Source of the DNA: Patellaria atrata CBS 101060
Lineage: Eukaryota
DNA length: 64,000 bases
Assembly: GCA_010093705.1 (NCBI GenBank)
Contig: MU006104.1
Span: 62,001 to 126,000 of the forward strand
Direction: 5' to 3'
This document shows positions 11,633 to 23,851 of the stretch, in pieces (the first letter of the stretch is position 1; every line of letters starts with the position of its first letter). Below the pieces are notes generated by a model. It was not told the origin of the DNA and did not search any database. It saw nothing but the letters and a program-made list of their open reading frames with translations. The translations under genes were made by a program, and so were the position numbers.

Positions 11633-12577
11633 GCACTACTGATGGTTATTCTATTTATTGTTACTTTGATATGGTAGATGGCATTTTGACGCAGTAGATG
11701 GTGTTTTGATGCTGGTGTATGAGGTTTAGAACTGCTTGGGTGGATGTGGTGATGAGCTGTGTCTTGCGAAAATTTGCACAAAGGTACTTCCAAGGAAAAC
11801 ATTGCTCATGTGCGAAACGGGATCCTTCTCCCTCCCCATGGGTGGCTTCCCAATCCGGCTCTCGGCTATCAAGAATACCTCAGTTCGAATCCAGGCTATC
11901 TCCATTCGACTTTCTGGTTCGACTCTTTACTCGGAATATCTAAGGACCTTTGTAACCGGGACCGTTCACATCAACTGCACAACATCACACATGCTAATCT
12001 CGATTTCGTATTCGAGCACGAGGCTAACCTATCGCGTAGTTATGGCCCGCCGCAAGGTTACCAGCAAGGTCCGCCTCCGGTACGTTTTTCGTTTCCTTTG
12101 CCCCGCTCAATCACTTCTCTAGCAAAAGTCACAGAAGCACAAAGTCACAAAACCAACCGAGTCGAAGAAGCTCCAAGTCCCCAAAACCCTCAAGTCCCCA
12201 AACCTACCAATTCCCCAAATCCCCCAAGTCCGAATCCCAAGTCCTAAACCCACCCAAATCCCCCAAACACCCAAATCCCCAGGCACTCACGCGAAATAGA
12301 TGCAATACTCCCAAGCGCCCCCTCAAACCGTCTACGTCAAAGAAAAGAAAGACAGGGGATGTCTGATGTCATGGTATGTTCTCCCCCCCCTATCCCCTCT
12401 TACCCTTATCTCGCTCCTCGATTCCTTTCCTCCCAAACTCGGGATTCGGGGCCGAGGTTAAGGTTCGAAGTTTAAAGTCGGTAACTAATACAACCCAGTC
12501 TCGCCGTCCTCTGCTGCTGCTGGCTCTGCGAGGAAGGATGTGAGGAGTGCTGCGAGTGCTGTTTCGAGTGTTGTTAG
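11166..12577 (+). CDS. CYSTM-family cysteine-rich tail-anchored membrane protein (80 aa, 4 exons)
   Basis: Exons 11166-11215, 12040-12079, 12300-12373 and 12499-12577 join in frame (243 nt), all GT-AG: MSNQGYYNNGPQYPQQSYGPPQGYQQGPPPMQYSQAPPQTVYVKEKKDRGCLMSCLAVLCCCWLCEEGCEECCECCFECC*. Start context is CCACCATG. Confidence 0.85.
11601..11630 (+). repeat. (TGC)10 microsatellite in CYSTM intron 1
   Basis: Directly visible trinucleotide run. Confidence 0.95.
12170..12281 (+). repeat. Degenerate C/A-rich short tandem repeat (CCAAGTCCCC/CCCCAAAT units) in CYSTM intron 2
   Basis: Repeated ccaagtcc and ccccaaat motifs. Confidence 0.6.
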
Positions 12578-12896
12578 TCGTCCTGTCTTATGTCGTCGTG
12601 GCTTGTCTTGTCGTGTTCTGTACTATACACAAATCATTTATTTTTATACTGGAGGATTTGGGAGATAATTCTACGGGGTGGGTGTGGTTTCAATGTTGAG
12701 ACTGGGTATTCTGGTAGGTGGGATCAGCTTGGCTGGGTGTTTGGTAATTACTATTCCTCGTAGAGTCAGAAGCGACCTTGAAGGTTGTAATCTCAGACGA
12801 CTCAAATTTAAATCCACACCGGAAACGGAAGTTCGATTCAACAGTATCGACGTTAGTCCCTACGACGACAACCTGAGAGCTCTATCCATACGCTTG

Positions 12897-13012
12897 GAAA
12901 AAAAAAAAAACACAATCGAAACCACTGATCCCACTCAATACGTAAAAATATGTGAGGTATGTAAATCCTCGCAAAAAAAAAAAAAAAAGAAAAAAGAAAA
13001 AAGAAAAAAGAG
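12897..13012 (+). repeat. Poly(A)/A-rich tracts between the convergent CYSTM and VPS8 3' ends
   Basis: A-run at 12897-12910 and an A-rich run at 12973-13012, directly after the VPS8 stop. Confidence 0.9.
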
Positions 13013-13016
13013 AACA

Positions 13017-16000
13017 CTATACACAAATCGGACACCTCAACCCCTCCCCCTCCACTCCCTCCCCCCTCTCCTTCTCCAAACAACGCCGATGCCACAAATG
13101 CCTACAAGCGAACACAACCAGCGGACCCAACCCCTCACCCTCACCCTCACCCTCCCCATCGCCCCCCTCCTCCTTCACAACTCCCTTCCCCCTACTCAAC
13201 CTCCTCGCCTCCACGCCCCCCCTCCCCTCAACCCACCGTCTCCTCCTCTCCCCTTCCCTTTCCCCCTCCCTCCGTTCCCAAGACTCCCACACCGCACCCC
13301 CAACCCCAGGTCCCCAAACCCTCCTCCTGCATCCCTCGCACACCTGGCCTCTGGGCCTCCAGCCCCGTTGTCTTAGTTCCCCGACCTCCTGCACGTGGCC
13401 AAAGACATCTTTATCCAAGAACGCGTTCGCGAGGGCCAGGAGCGTGGACTCGAAGGCGTACGCGGCGAAGATGGCGGCGAGGGTTTGTCTGAGGTCCTGC
13501 AGGGTGGGGGAGCGAGCTGAGGCACGGGTCAGGAAGGCACGGAGGACGAGGAGGAAGGATGACGATTCCGTTGCTGAGCTGCGGGTTGCAGCTTCGTCTG
13601 TTGGTGGTGTGGGTTTGGAGGCAGATGTGGATGTGGATGTGGATGTGGCGGCGAGGAGGGCGGTGAAGGTATCTTGGACGAAAGAGCGGAGCGTGGATGT
13701 TATCTTCTCCGCGTTGACGGGGGAGGGGGCTGAGGTGGGATTGGCGAGGGAGGAAGAGACGGTGCGGGTTAGAGCGACTGAAACGTCGATGAGATCGAGC
13801 CAGAGGAGTTCGTGGAGGGCAAGATCCGCTTCTAAGACCGCTGCGTTGCGATTTTTGGGTCGCGGGGCGGTGGGGGATTGGTGTGCTGCGCGTGTTTGGC
13901 CTTGACAGAGCCAGATGCCGACTTTGACGTATTTTTCGACGGCTTCTAGGAGATCTTCGGCGGTTTCTTCGGTGTTGGAAGCGTCGGGACTCTCGGCGGC
14001 GGCGTCGATTAGACCTGTTAACGCTACTTCTAGGGTGTCTAAATGCTTCACGAGTCTATCCATCGCGTCTCGGACAAGACCGTCTCGTGCCATGAGTACG
14101 ATAGCTGCGTCGATAACACCGCTGCTTTCCATGGCAGGGAGAACTTCTCCTAGTCGAAGATCGCTTGTTGTGAGAAGAGCAACATAATCTGAGACATGTG
14201 GAGGGTCGAAACTACACATAAGACGAATATAACGCTCAATGATGCTGGGTGTAGTATTACTATCGGTCTGTCTTTCCATGGACTGTAATTCAGGCTCTAG
14301 TAGAACGCGTAGGAAAATAAACTGTGCGTATGATCCGTCCTCTAGAGCGTCTAGAACGTCCTGCAAGAGTTGCGGAGCATATTGTTTCAGTGTCAGAGCC
14401 GTCCTGGCAGTGTCAATGCTAGCTAGATCTTTTGCGTGTTTGACTATTACACGTTGAACATCCGTTACTTGTTTCTTACTGAGACCACGACTGGGTCTCA
14501 AGCAGTCCTCCAGATAATCGAAGATTTCCTCGCGATTGTCTTCATCATCGAAGTAAGCTTGTAGAAGCTTGGGATAATTCCGAGCAGCTCTGTAAACCGA
14601 CTTTAAAACGCGATGAAAGCTGGCTCTTTCAAAAGCCGGTATCAGCGTTGGTATATCTGAAGGCTTATATGCTGATAGAAGGTATTCGACACTGAGTTGA
14701 CAATCATCTGCAATCTCTTCTGATGGATAGTTGCATAAGCCAACTAGGATATTGTGCATCGACGAACCGGGCACTACGATGTGTTGAGGAAACTTAGGGA
14801 GGTTTCGGGCGAGGAACATATAGATATAGATAGCGTCTTCCCGCTCGAGATCTTCCGAAGTCACAAGGCCGAGTAATACGGTGACAATGTACTGCCTAGT
14901 AGGTGTGAGAGTAGTTGACACGCCTTGCTGCTTAGCACTTCCGTTCATTGCGGGTGTTTGTGTGCCATTCAGGAAACTATCCTCGAACGCCTCATTCAAC
15001 ATACTCATCAGGCTTCCAGTGTCAAATCGCATGATAAGGCGGAGATACGGATAAACAGGTTCTTCCGCCCCATTGATCGTGGTATTGAATACCTCTCTAC
15101 TACCTTGAGGCCACGCAACGGCTTTATTGGAGAATAGAAACCAATATAGCTCCCCTTTCGCTTTGGACGCTTCATCGTCTGAAAGAGCATTTCCGCTTGG
15201 ATATACTCGGCCTGTCAATGCATAAGCTAGAAAAGGAAATAGCTTCATTGCTGATGAATGGTATCTGGAATACAGCGCTTCGTCCATCTCACCACTGTCC
15301 ACGAGTACTTTGATAAGCGACAGAATATCTATTAGTGGTGTAATATAGTCCTCAATCGCTTGTGTCCATACATAAACAAGCGCATCATACAGTGTGTGTT
15401 GCTTGCACAAGCTCGTCACTTGGTTGATATCCATGGTTTGTGTTTCGAGATGACAGATCATTTCTTCTAGTCTTTCTGTACGTTCTTGCGAAGCATAGAA
15501 AGTTATAAGCTCTTTGAGAACATTCGGTGGAATACTTGTTATCTCTTCCTCAAGAATATAGGGTTCCAGGATTTCGAAGAAGATTCCCTCCGCAGAGCTC
15601 TCCTCGTATTTATCGTAGACATCTTCGAAAAGGAAGTCAAGCTCTTCCATGCTTAGACAGGCGGTGAAAGTCGATGCTGTTAGGTCGCTCAGTCGGAAAT
15701 TCATATCTTCAGTATTCTTGCCAGAGTCGCGTTGCCCGAAAGTGTACTTCAGCGAAGCGGTAATCATTTCGAGCAGTTTCTCCTGAACCAAGCCATGTCG
15801 GGCAGTATCATCCTCGGGGAGGCCAACGGTGAGTCTATCAGCATCGCCGTTGTAGTAAGATGTTGCGAGAGCTATGGCAGCAATGTAATCACCCTCCTCC
15901 ATTAAGGCAAATAGTCGATCTGCCCAGTTTGACAGTGAGCCAATTGAGACGTCGTTAAATCCAAGTAAAAATAACCGTCCTTTATACGCTCGAAAGCTCA

Positions 16001-17852
16001 TGTGAAAGGCATCCGCTACCACTCCATGCATAGAAACATCTTGTTCGTCGAGTTGCTCTACAACAGGCTGTAATTGCTTTGAGAAAAGGTCGTGGTGATA
16101 TATGTGCTTATGGATTAAGTCGAAAGAGTCGGTGACGCGAAGAGAATTGTCTTCCAAAATAAAAAGGCGCTGGCTTATCGTTAACAGAGCTAGGACTGAT
16201 CTACTCAGCCATTGGACAGCTACTATAGCTTCTTCTCCTCTCCACCGACTCCTTGGTTGGAAGTGGAGTTCTGGCCGTTTGTCCTTGTCCGGACTCTCGG
16301 TCGCTTCGACGTCGAGCACTGTAAGTATGTTCGACCAACAGTATACAAGTTTAGTCTTAGAAACAGTCTGTTTAGACTCGCCTGGTGGATTCTTCAACCT
16401 CACAGCAGGAAACCAAGCTAGACATCCACTCAGAGTGCTATGAGGAGCTAGCTCCTTTGGTCTCGAAGACTTATGTTGGGTCTCTGCAACGGGAGTTGTT
16501 GACACAATAACAAGGAGATACGGTGTCAAAAGAGCCGTTAGCCCTAACGTATCGGTTGGTTGTCCGATATTTCCTAGTGGTAGTGGCGCAAATGCCAGAA
16601 CTGAACTCGGTTTTCTTGGTCTTTCTGAGGAGTTTTCGGGGGATGGGTACCGGCCTAGAATACGAGCGGTCTTGACAGTTCGTCCAACCGCTCCTAAGCC
16701 TCGAGTAGCTAGATGTGAAAACGACATCCCGGCGTCGTCGGCTGATACTAGAGCAGTATGGCGGGTACCCAAAAATCCAATATGTAATACCGCCGCACCA
16801 GAGATATGACCATCGCTGGAGCGGTTCTGTAGGTGGGCTCGATTAATGGGTGATATGTGCAGAAATGGCTTTGCCGGACGATTAAGCTCCCATGTGAAAA
16901 TATTCCCACTTGCATGTCCACTAGCAATGTTGGAGTGATCAGCTGAGAAAGATAATGATGTTATAGTTCCACTTTCAATAGCTATGTAGACGTTAGTCCG
17001 CAATGCATTTGTTGCTCATAGTAAGGACAACCATACCTTTCGTGCCAAGCCCAATAATAGACTTCAGAGTTTGTTGATAGTCAAATATCAGAATGAGACC
17101 TTTGGATGTACCAATTGCAATAGACGCCGTGACCACCAAACATGTAGGCCTTCCCCAATTGCGCTTTCCAACCTCCGAGAACGCTTGTCCCGTGATTTTC
17201 TTCAGCTTTGTCCATCGTACAACTTCCCATGGAGGTTGAGGTGTCTCCGACTCGTCTTGGTTGGTGACTAGCTGACTAGAGATGGACGAATGTCTCGAAT
17301 GTGTATTTAAAAAAGCGGGAGAGAGCGCTCTCGGTGACGCAAGTGGTGAGGGCGAGAGACGAGCTGAGAATCTCCTTTCGAACGGTTGCAAAGACGGACG
17401 ATTGCCTGGTCTCGGTGAAGAGAAGTAGGATGCAGGTACACTACTCCCGGGTGATGACAGCAAGGAACCCTAGAAAAACTCAGAACCGTGTCCCAAAAGC
17501 CCTAGGTTTACTACCTTACCTGTATAGAGGGGATATCATCCGGAGTGGAGGCCACGGACGCTTCGGGACTTTCTGTTACCAGTTTAGCAGAGCGATGAGG
17601 TAAATCTATGCTCTGAGTCTCCGATGATTCTTCCTTGCTCTTAACCTTGTGAAATACCATCCCATTTTGACCTGTGACTGCCTCTTCCCTAATATGCTCG
17701 CGCTCCTCCTGAATGATCTTCGCGATGTCCGAGGGACCAGATGCGTCATCATTATCTGAACTCCTTACAAAACCATTTTTGATGTCTACTACCTCCTGAG
17801 ATACATCCTGATTGTCGTCGCTGACCTCGCTCCCCCCGTTTGTTGAGCTCAT
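13017..17852 (-). CDS. VPS8: CORVET complex subunit Vps8 (vacuolar protein sorting)
   Basis: Three exons (~17852-17519, ~17470-17037, ~16982-13017). N-terminal WD-like region (IAIGTSKGLILIFDYQQ), Vps8 domain (MICHLETQTMDINQVTSLCKQHTLYDAL) and C-terminal RING (CEGC...CRHLWHRRCL...CPIC). Confidence 0.9.
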
Positions 17853-18318
17853 GGGGCTCGTATTTCGTTGTTCATTGCTCCAAGCGGCAGGTGTAAAAGA
17901 TGGCGAGCTGAACTTGTATTCAGCAAATTGTCAGTCTATAGAGTCCGTCTGGATATGGGATGCGAAATTATTATAGTAGGGAGGGAGGAGCTCGTTGGAA
18001 TATGGTTCGTATCAGCGGCGGGGATGGGATGCGGGCGATTAGAGGGTGAAGGTCTAACTGCGGACTATATTCAGCTGAGTGTGTGAACCCGGAAATCTTT
18101 AGCGGATACTGTACATTGAATTCTATGTATTAACAATTAACTGCGGAGACTGGTCCTCGTTGCCTTGAAATGTGCCGTCGTGGTCGCAAGTATCAGAGCT
18201 CGAGCTCGACCGCGGCACCGCCGAGCATCATCCTTCCAGCTCAAAATCAACCACCACCGATGCCGCGCAACCTCCTTTGATCATAGTATCCGTGGCAGTT
18301 CAACTTAAGAACTCCAAA

Positions 18319-19152
18319 ATGTCTTCTATAGGTCCAAGTCTACCACCTCACCTATTGTCCAAGCGCAAACGCCCTGAGGACGACGAGGGAACCTTCCCAA
18401 CTCGATCCAAGACTCCAACCACTACCCGTTCTCCCACCCCCGAGAAGCGTCGCCGTGTCCTTGGACCTACTCCACCTCCCGCTCTCCTTGACGAACGCCC
18501 TCCACAGCCCACGCAAGAAGACTCAGACAGCAGCAGTGATGATGATTTCGGTCCAGCACCACCTACAGGTGGCGAAGCCACGATGATTTCTATCTTTGAA
18601 AAAGAGGAGCAGAATCGGCGTCAGACGAAGGACAGAAACCAGGAACCAGCATCTACGGCGATTCAAAGGGATGAGTGGATGATGGTACCGCCAAAACAGG
18701 ACGACCTAGCTGCACGTATGGATCCTTCAAAACTTACTAGAGCACGGAAGTTCAATAGTGGGAAGGGCGCGTCTGTACCCGGGCCTGGTGCTGAGGTTAG
18801 TACTGTGTGGACCGAAACACCAGAAGAGAAGCGGAAGCGCCTGGAGGATCAAGTTTTGGGAATTACATCAGTGCCAAATCTGAAAGACGCTCAACAAGCG
18901 GCGAAGAAGCGGGAAGCAGAGCAGACAGCGGAACGGCTAAAACAGAAGCAAATAAAGGAGCGAAGCAAGTCTTTAATGCAGGAGCACAAGGCACGGGTGG
19001 GGAAAGATGCGGAGGAGGATGATCCGAGCAAGAGGGCCTTTGATCGGGAGAAAGATATTGGAGGAAGTAAGATGGGTGCAAAGCAGCAGCGGGAGTTGTT
19101 GAACCGAGCTGCAGATTTTTCGTCCAGGTTTTCAGGAGGAAGTTATCTTTGA
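18319..19152 (+). CDS. GPALPP-motif / DUF3752 protein
   Basis: Starts MSSIGPSLPP. Has repeated GPxxPP motifs, RDEWMMVPP, WTETPEEK and RAFDREKD, and ends FSSRFSGGSYL. Divergent from VPS8. Confidence 0.85.
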   Translation: MSSIGPSLPPHLLSKRKRPEDDEGTFPTRSKTPTTTRSPTPEKRRRVLGPTPPPALLDERPPQPTQEDSDSSSDDDFGPAPPTGGEATMISIFEKEEQNRRQTKDRNQEPASTAIQRDEWMMVPPKQDDLAARMDPSKLTRARKFNSGKGASVPGPGAEVSTVWTETPEEKRKRLEDQVLGITSVPNLKDAQQAAKKREAEQTAERLKQKQIKERSKSLMQEHKARVGKDAEEDDPSKRAFDREKDIGGSKMGAKQQRELLNRAADFSSRFSGGSYL

Positions 19153-20178
19153 AAATAGGAAACAAATAGAGGGTGATCCTCCCCACAAGACTGCATTTAA
19201 TATACTCATGCTTCCTAGTGAAAGCCGATTTTTGCCGGGCGATTGTAAGTTCTTGTTTGCAATCGCATTCTGATATATGCTACATTATAGAATTCCCGTA
19301 CCCATTCTTCGCTCTTCAAGTATAGTCTACTCCATAATTCCACCCTACTCCTTGTGGAGTTCCGCTCTCAGAGAAGGCTCCTGTCTTTAGATAGGGCGCT
19401 CCCTTAGATTCAAGAGGCTCTCCGGGTACCTTCAGGCCCCTGTGTACAATGTACTTCTCAGATACAGTCCGCTGTTCACATCCACTACATCACTAGTAGA
19501 CTATAGGAACGCCTGAGATATAGTCCACTCCTCCCGTATCTCCCCTTTCATCACCTTCGCATCCCTCAACTTTCCTACACCTGCTAAATTAGTGTTAGAG
19601 ACGTTTTAACTACAAGGATCCACGTACCTGCATTGTATGTAGGGTTAAGGTCTACCGACGGCTGAAGGCTATCCCCATGTTTGCAAGTATCCTGTACGGG
19701 GAAGTCGATGGTTAACTGCTCGGTGGTTTTCCACTTGTAAACCAAAAAATTTCATAGGTGACCCACCTTCGTCGCCAGATCAGTCAAATGAAAATAACAG
19801 AACTCTAAATCTTACGTTTCCTTCGCGGCTCCGCTGGTATAGTCTAAGACGGCCCGGGTCTCGGCCTTGGCGACGGCGGTAGAGGCGGCAGCGGTGGTCT
19901 CGAAAGCTCCAGCTCGGTGTTGCCAATCTTCCAGCTTGAATGAGGAAAATTACCAACACAAGTTATGGTAAAAGTATGAATTGTGTTGTCTGTCTATCTA
20001 CGGAGGAGTGGTTACAACGAACCATCTCCAGTCCGTTCCTTCTGTCCACGATCCAAACGTGGTTGCTACCACTGGTCCTGAGCCGGATCGTGACAAGTGC
20101 CCCCGCTGATTAACCTATGTGGCGACCTCGCGGTTACTGATAGCTCTTTTCTTCCGTAAACGCATATAGTACTAAGGG

Positions 20179-20324
20179 GAATTAGGGAATGCCCGGTTCG
20201 TTCGCCGTCTGTAAGAGAGCTGAGAGGGTCCGTCATTTGATGTATTTGATGAAATTGAGGGAATGTTCGGTCCGTTCGTCATCCGTAAGTGAGCTGAGGC
20301 GGTCCGTTATTTGGTGCATTAGAT
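20179..20324 (+). repeat. Two-copy ~73-bp degenerate tandem duplication
   Basis: 20179-20250 (gaattagggaatgcccggttcgttcgccgtctgtaagagagctgagagggtccgtcatttgatgtatttgat) aligns with 20251-20324 (gaaattgagggaatgttcggtccgttcgtcatccgtaagtgagctgaggcggtccgttatttggtgcattagat). Confidence 0.85.
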
Positions 20325-21338
20325 AGAACTGAATTGGATATTTGAAAGGTGCTTTTCCGTGTGAGACCCATGTTGTACAACGGGGAGATGGGGATCGCCC
20401 GGTCCATCTTATGATGGTCCGTGGCCGATGGAATTGAGGTTGATAATTGGAAACGTGTTGGAGAGAGGGTGGAGTGGGCTAAAGTAGGGGTGGAAACGCG
20501 AAGTTCTTCGAATTTTAACTTTTTGTAATACCTCAAAAATGTATCTGGACTGTACATTATACATCACTGGTCTCTGGCGCCGTTTTTCAGTATTTAGAAA
20601 TCTCTCAATTAGCTAGCTTCTGCCATTACTAGTCCAAGTATATAACCGTACAATAGACTAGCCTACTATACCCTTCGAATTAAGTATATCCACCTCCACT
20701 GCTCAACTTATAGTTATGGTGTACTCAGTTACAATGTCCAACCCTAAGTGTACGTACTTGTGTGGGCTACACTCCTGTATCCTTTACCGCATTTCATCCT
20801 CTACCTAAAATATCCCCGACAAATCATGTACAACCCCCAGAGGAAATCCACAAAATGGCCTAGCCCTACTATATACTCCGTAGAAGCTGTATTTTACAAC
20901 CAGTTAAAACCAATTGAGTGTGGAGGTATGTGAATTGAGTAGTCCTATAGTGACTAAGGAGTGCTATATTAAATGGTTTAGTCCCACGACATGGTTCAAT
21001 ACCACTGAATCATACACCATGTATGCAATGAGTATCAGATGTTATTGAGAAGTTTGAATTTCGCCTATCCTACTATATTACAATGCAATATTCTCTACAC
21101 GGAGATAATAACCCTACCCCCGCCCCTCCCTCTGCGATGATATTTCAGCCTATCTGCACTGTACTGTTACTGAATGACTTGCGCCGTATAAGATCCCGAA
21201 ATCTCGTGCAAATGGGGATTATATGTACGCCTCTGCGGGTATAGAGAGTACAGAGCAACTAAAGAATGCAGGTCGTGACAAGGAAGGGATAGAGCATCCC
21301 CTACCTATGCAACTGTGTCTGCTCAATAGAACAAACTA

Positions 21339-22132
21339 CTACCAGTCGTCCTGCCAATACCGTCCCAATAACTTCCCATTTAATCCAGGTGGATTCTTCA
21401 GGTAATTGTGCAATAGAAATTTCACCGTCCGGCATTGGTCATGTCTTCCCTCAGTTTCGGTGTTGTTACTGCGGTAGCACGTGTGGCTGTTTGGACAACA
21501 CGCCCTGCCCTCGCATTCGCAGGTGTTGAATATTACCTTTGTGGCATCTTCCCGTGAACCCTTAGTTACGACCAGGGGATCTAGAAGTGGTCGTAGGTAC
21601 GGCACTATGAGCGCGACACTTAAGCGTTCCCACGAGAGCAGATCGCGGGTGATACCAAGGCCCAGGATATGTAATGATTTTAAACTTGGTGCTGTATCCG
21701 CAAGCATTCGCCAGACATTAGGGCGGTCTATAATTGACTGATCAACCTGCGTACGAATAGTACGAATAGTCCTCAATAACCGTCGATTCGTGATACCGAT
21801 CGTTTCAAGGAATCCATGCAGAACCTCCAGGTTATCGAATCTGAATTGAGTTTCTTTGTACAAGATAGCTGACGTTTCTTCATTGAGTGTACGATTGGCT
21901 AAGAGAAAGGGTAGTTCGGAAAGCTTTGCACTGGTCCTTGCTCGATTAACAAATGCGTCAGTAAATCCTCGAGCGGCTCTTGAACCAATGAACTCAATCA
22001 AGTTACATCACCCGGCCATCCTTGGGTAGGATAAGGTAGACCTCATCGCGGAGTTCTGCAGGATGCTTCAAGAAGGGAAATATTCCGCTTCAACTCTCTT
22101 CCGGGCCACTTGCGGCGCTTATCTCCCGACAT
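21339..22132 (-). pseudogene. Disrupted F-box-like (2EXR/DUF7730-like) protein gene, paralog of 22723-23568
   Basis: The F-box-like motif FPFLKHPAELRDEVY is bracketed by in-frame TGA (22090-22092) and TAA (22003-22005) and is out of frame with the 220-aa body, which aligns with the neighbouring gene. Confidence 0.65.
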
Positions 22133-22722
22133 GTAATGGCGGTAACGAGCTATCAACGTCCACCCTTGGCGGCTCGAGGCTTCGAGACTTCGTCTAGATT
22201 ATGTATTAGAACAATGTTATAGCAGATATATGATAGTGATCATACCTCTACTTCCAACAATTTGATAGGTTCACTTCTGATATAGAAATGTATGTATGGT
22301 TTGGCCAGTCTTATGTGATGCTCCGTGGTGTTAGGGACTTGAATATGTAGGAAAGAACTATTGAGAAAGGGAGGAAGAGAAGTGTTTTTGAGAGGGAGGA
22401 AAGAAGATTTCTTAAGAGAGGACGGGGGAGCGCTCTTGGCTTAGGAGCTAGGTCCCGCCAGTAAAAGTAAATAACACGAATGAAAGAAATCATTGCCGCG
22501 CGTGACTCTAGTTCCTTACTTTTGCAACATTGTGGTGAAGATAGAATGTGGTGGTAAGAACCAATGAGGTTGTTACAATCCAAAGGGGAAAGGAGAGGCT
22601 AGGTTATAGGTCTCGCTCTTACCTACCGCCTTAGTTCTATCCTCCAACAAAACTGGAAGATCTCAAATTCACCTTGCTTTACGAGCTTCAAGTTTCAACG
22701 AAGTCATGGCTGAGATGTCGGT

Positions 22723-23568
22723 ATGAAGCAGAAGAAAACGCAATCTTTGACGAGTCCTCCCCTGCTAGCTTTTAATCAGACAATGAGACATGCTGAGCCT
22801 CGGGTCTGTCCTGCTAAACAGCTGGAGAAGACTTCAACCAACTACTTCCGCTTCATGGACCTCCCCGCTGAACTCCGGATTGAAGTGTATCGTCATATAC
22901 TCAAGTCCCATACCGACAACAAAATACGTTTATATTGGTCTGATGAGACACATAACTTTGGGGTCCGAATGAGTGGGCTTTTCAAAGATAAAGTATCCTG
23001 GACCTCCAAGGGCGAAGTCATCAAATCCTGTCTAACAGCACATCCGTTACTGTTAACTAGCCGTGGGATCAATATGGAGACTGCGACTGTTTTGTTCAAA
23101 GAGTCATCATTCTTCTTTCAGGACTTGAAAGCTTTCCATACCTTTCTCCAGATGACCAGTCTCAGGAATCGGCAGCAATTAGCTTACATCAGCCTTAGAC
23201 CTCATACCGATTCAGATTTGCGTAGTTTCAACCACAGAACGTCGCAATTACTGGCGGATGCAGCAACGAACTTAAAAGCTCTTCATTTGATAGGATTTTA
23301 TGTTTGGAAAGGACAGGGTTCCAAAGGACTTCTTGAGACGGCTACTTCTAACGCCCGTAACTTAGTCGGATTCCTTGGCCCATTTTTGGATGCTTTGGTT
23401 GGAGTAAAAGGTTCGTTCTCTGAAGGAATCAAGGTTATACATACCCGATTCTGTGATTGTGGGTATGACCTTCCAACGGAGTGTGATGGCGCGCGCGATC
23501 ACAGTATGTGCATCACGACTAAGAGGCTCATGGGAGAATATTGGGATGAGAATCGCAGAAAGACATGA
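22723..23568 (+). CDS. F-box-like (FRFMDLPAELR) fungal hypothetical protein
   Basis: Intact 281-aa ORF with FRFMDLPAELRIEVYRHIL, LLLTSRGINMETATVLF..SFFF and a Cys/His-containing C-terminus. Confidence 0.75.
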   Translation: MKQKKTQSLTSPPLLAFNQTMRHAEPRVCPAKQLEKTSTNYFRFMDLPAELRIEVYRHILKSHTDNKIRLYWSDETHNFGVRMSGLFKDKVSWTSKGEVIKSCLTAHPLLLTSRGINMETATVLFKESSFFFQDLKAFHTFLQMTSLRNRQQLAYISLRPHTDSDLRSFNHRTSQLLADAATNLKALHLIGFYVWKGQGSKGLLETATSNARNLVGFLGPFLDALVGVKGSFSEGIKVIHTRFCDCGYDLPTECDGARDHSMCITTKRLMGEYWDENRRKT

Positions 23569-23851
23569 AGCAATTTTACAATCATCCTTTTTCCATCGCC
23601 TCGAAAACTTGTTCTACGACATAAGTAGACGAGGATCGAATTGAGGCGGATGCGCTGCGTAGAGGGAGTTGACCTCCCTGTCTTTCCTCTTCTCCTCACG
23701 GAAAAATTTATAAATAGCCGAAAAGAGTAGCGTAGATGAGGAATGTCTTTATGGGTGATACGGAAAGGGATATCCAAATTGTATATCAACAGTAAATATG
23801 CTCACCAACATAGATACCTATCTATAATCCATATATGACAGGGTATGGCTT

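Noticed and set aside
11749..11860. C/D-box snoRNA or TPP riboswitch in CYSTM intron 1
   Set aside because: A GTGATGA C-box-like motif is present but no suitably placed CTGA D-box; TPP aptamer core sequences were not found.
20179..20324. CRISPR-like or transposon terminal repeats
   Set aside because: Eukaryotic context, only two adjacent degenerate copies, no spacers, and no transposase or reverse transcriptase ORF anywhere in the window.
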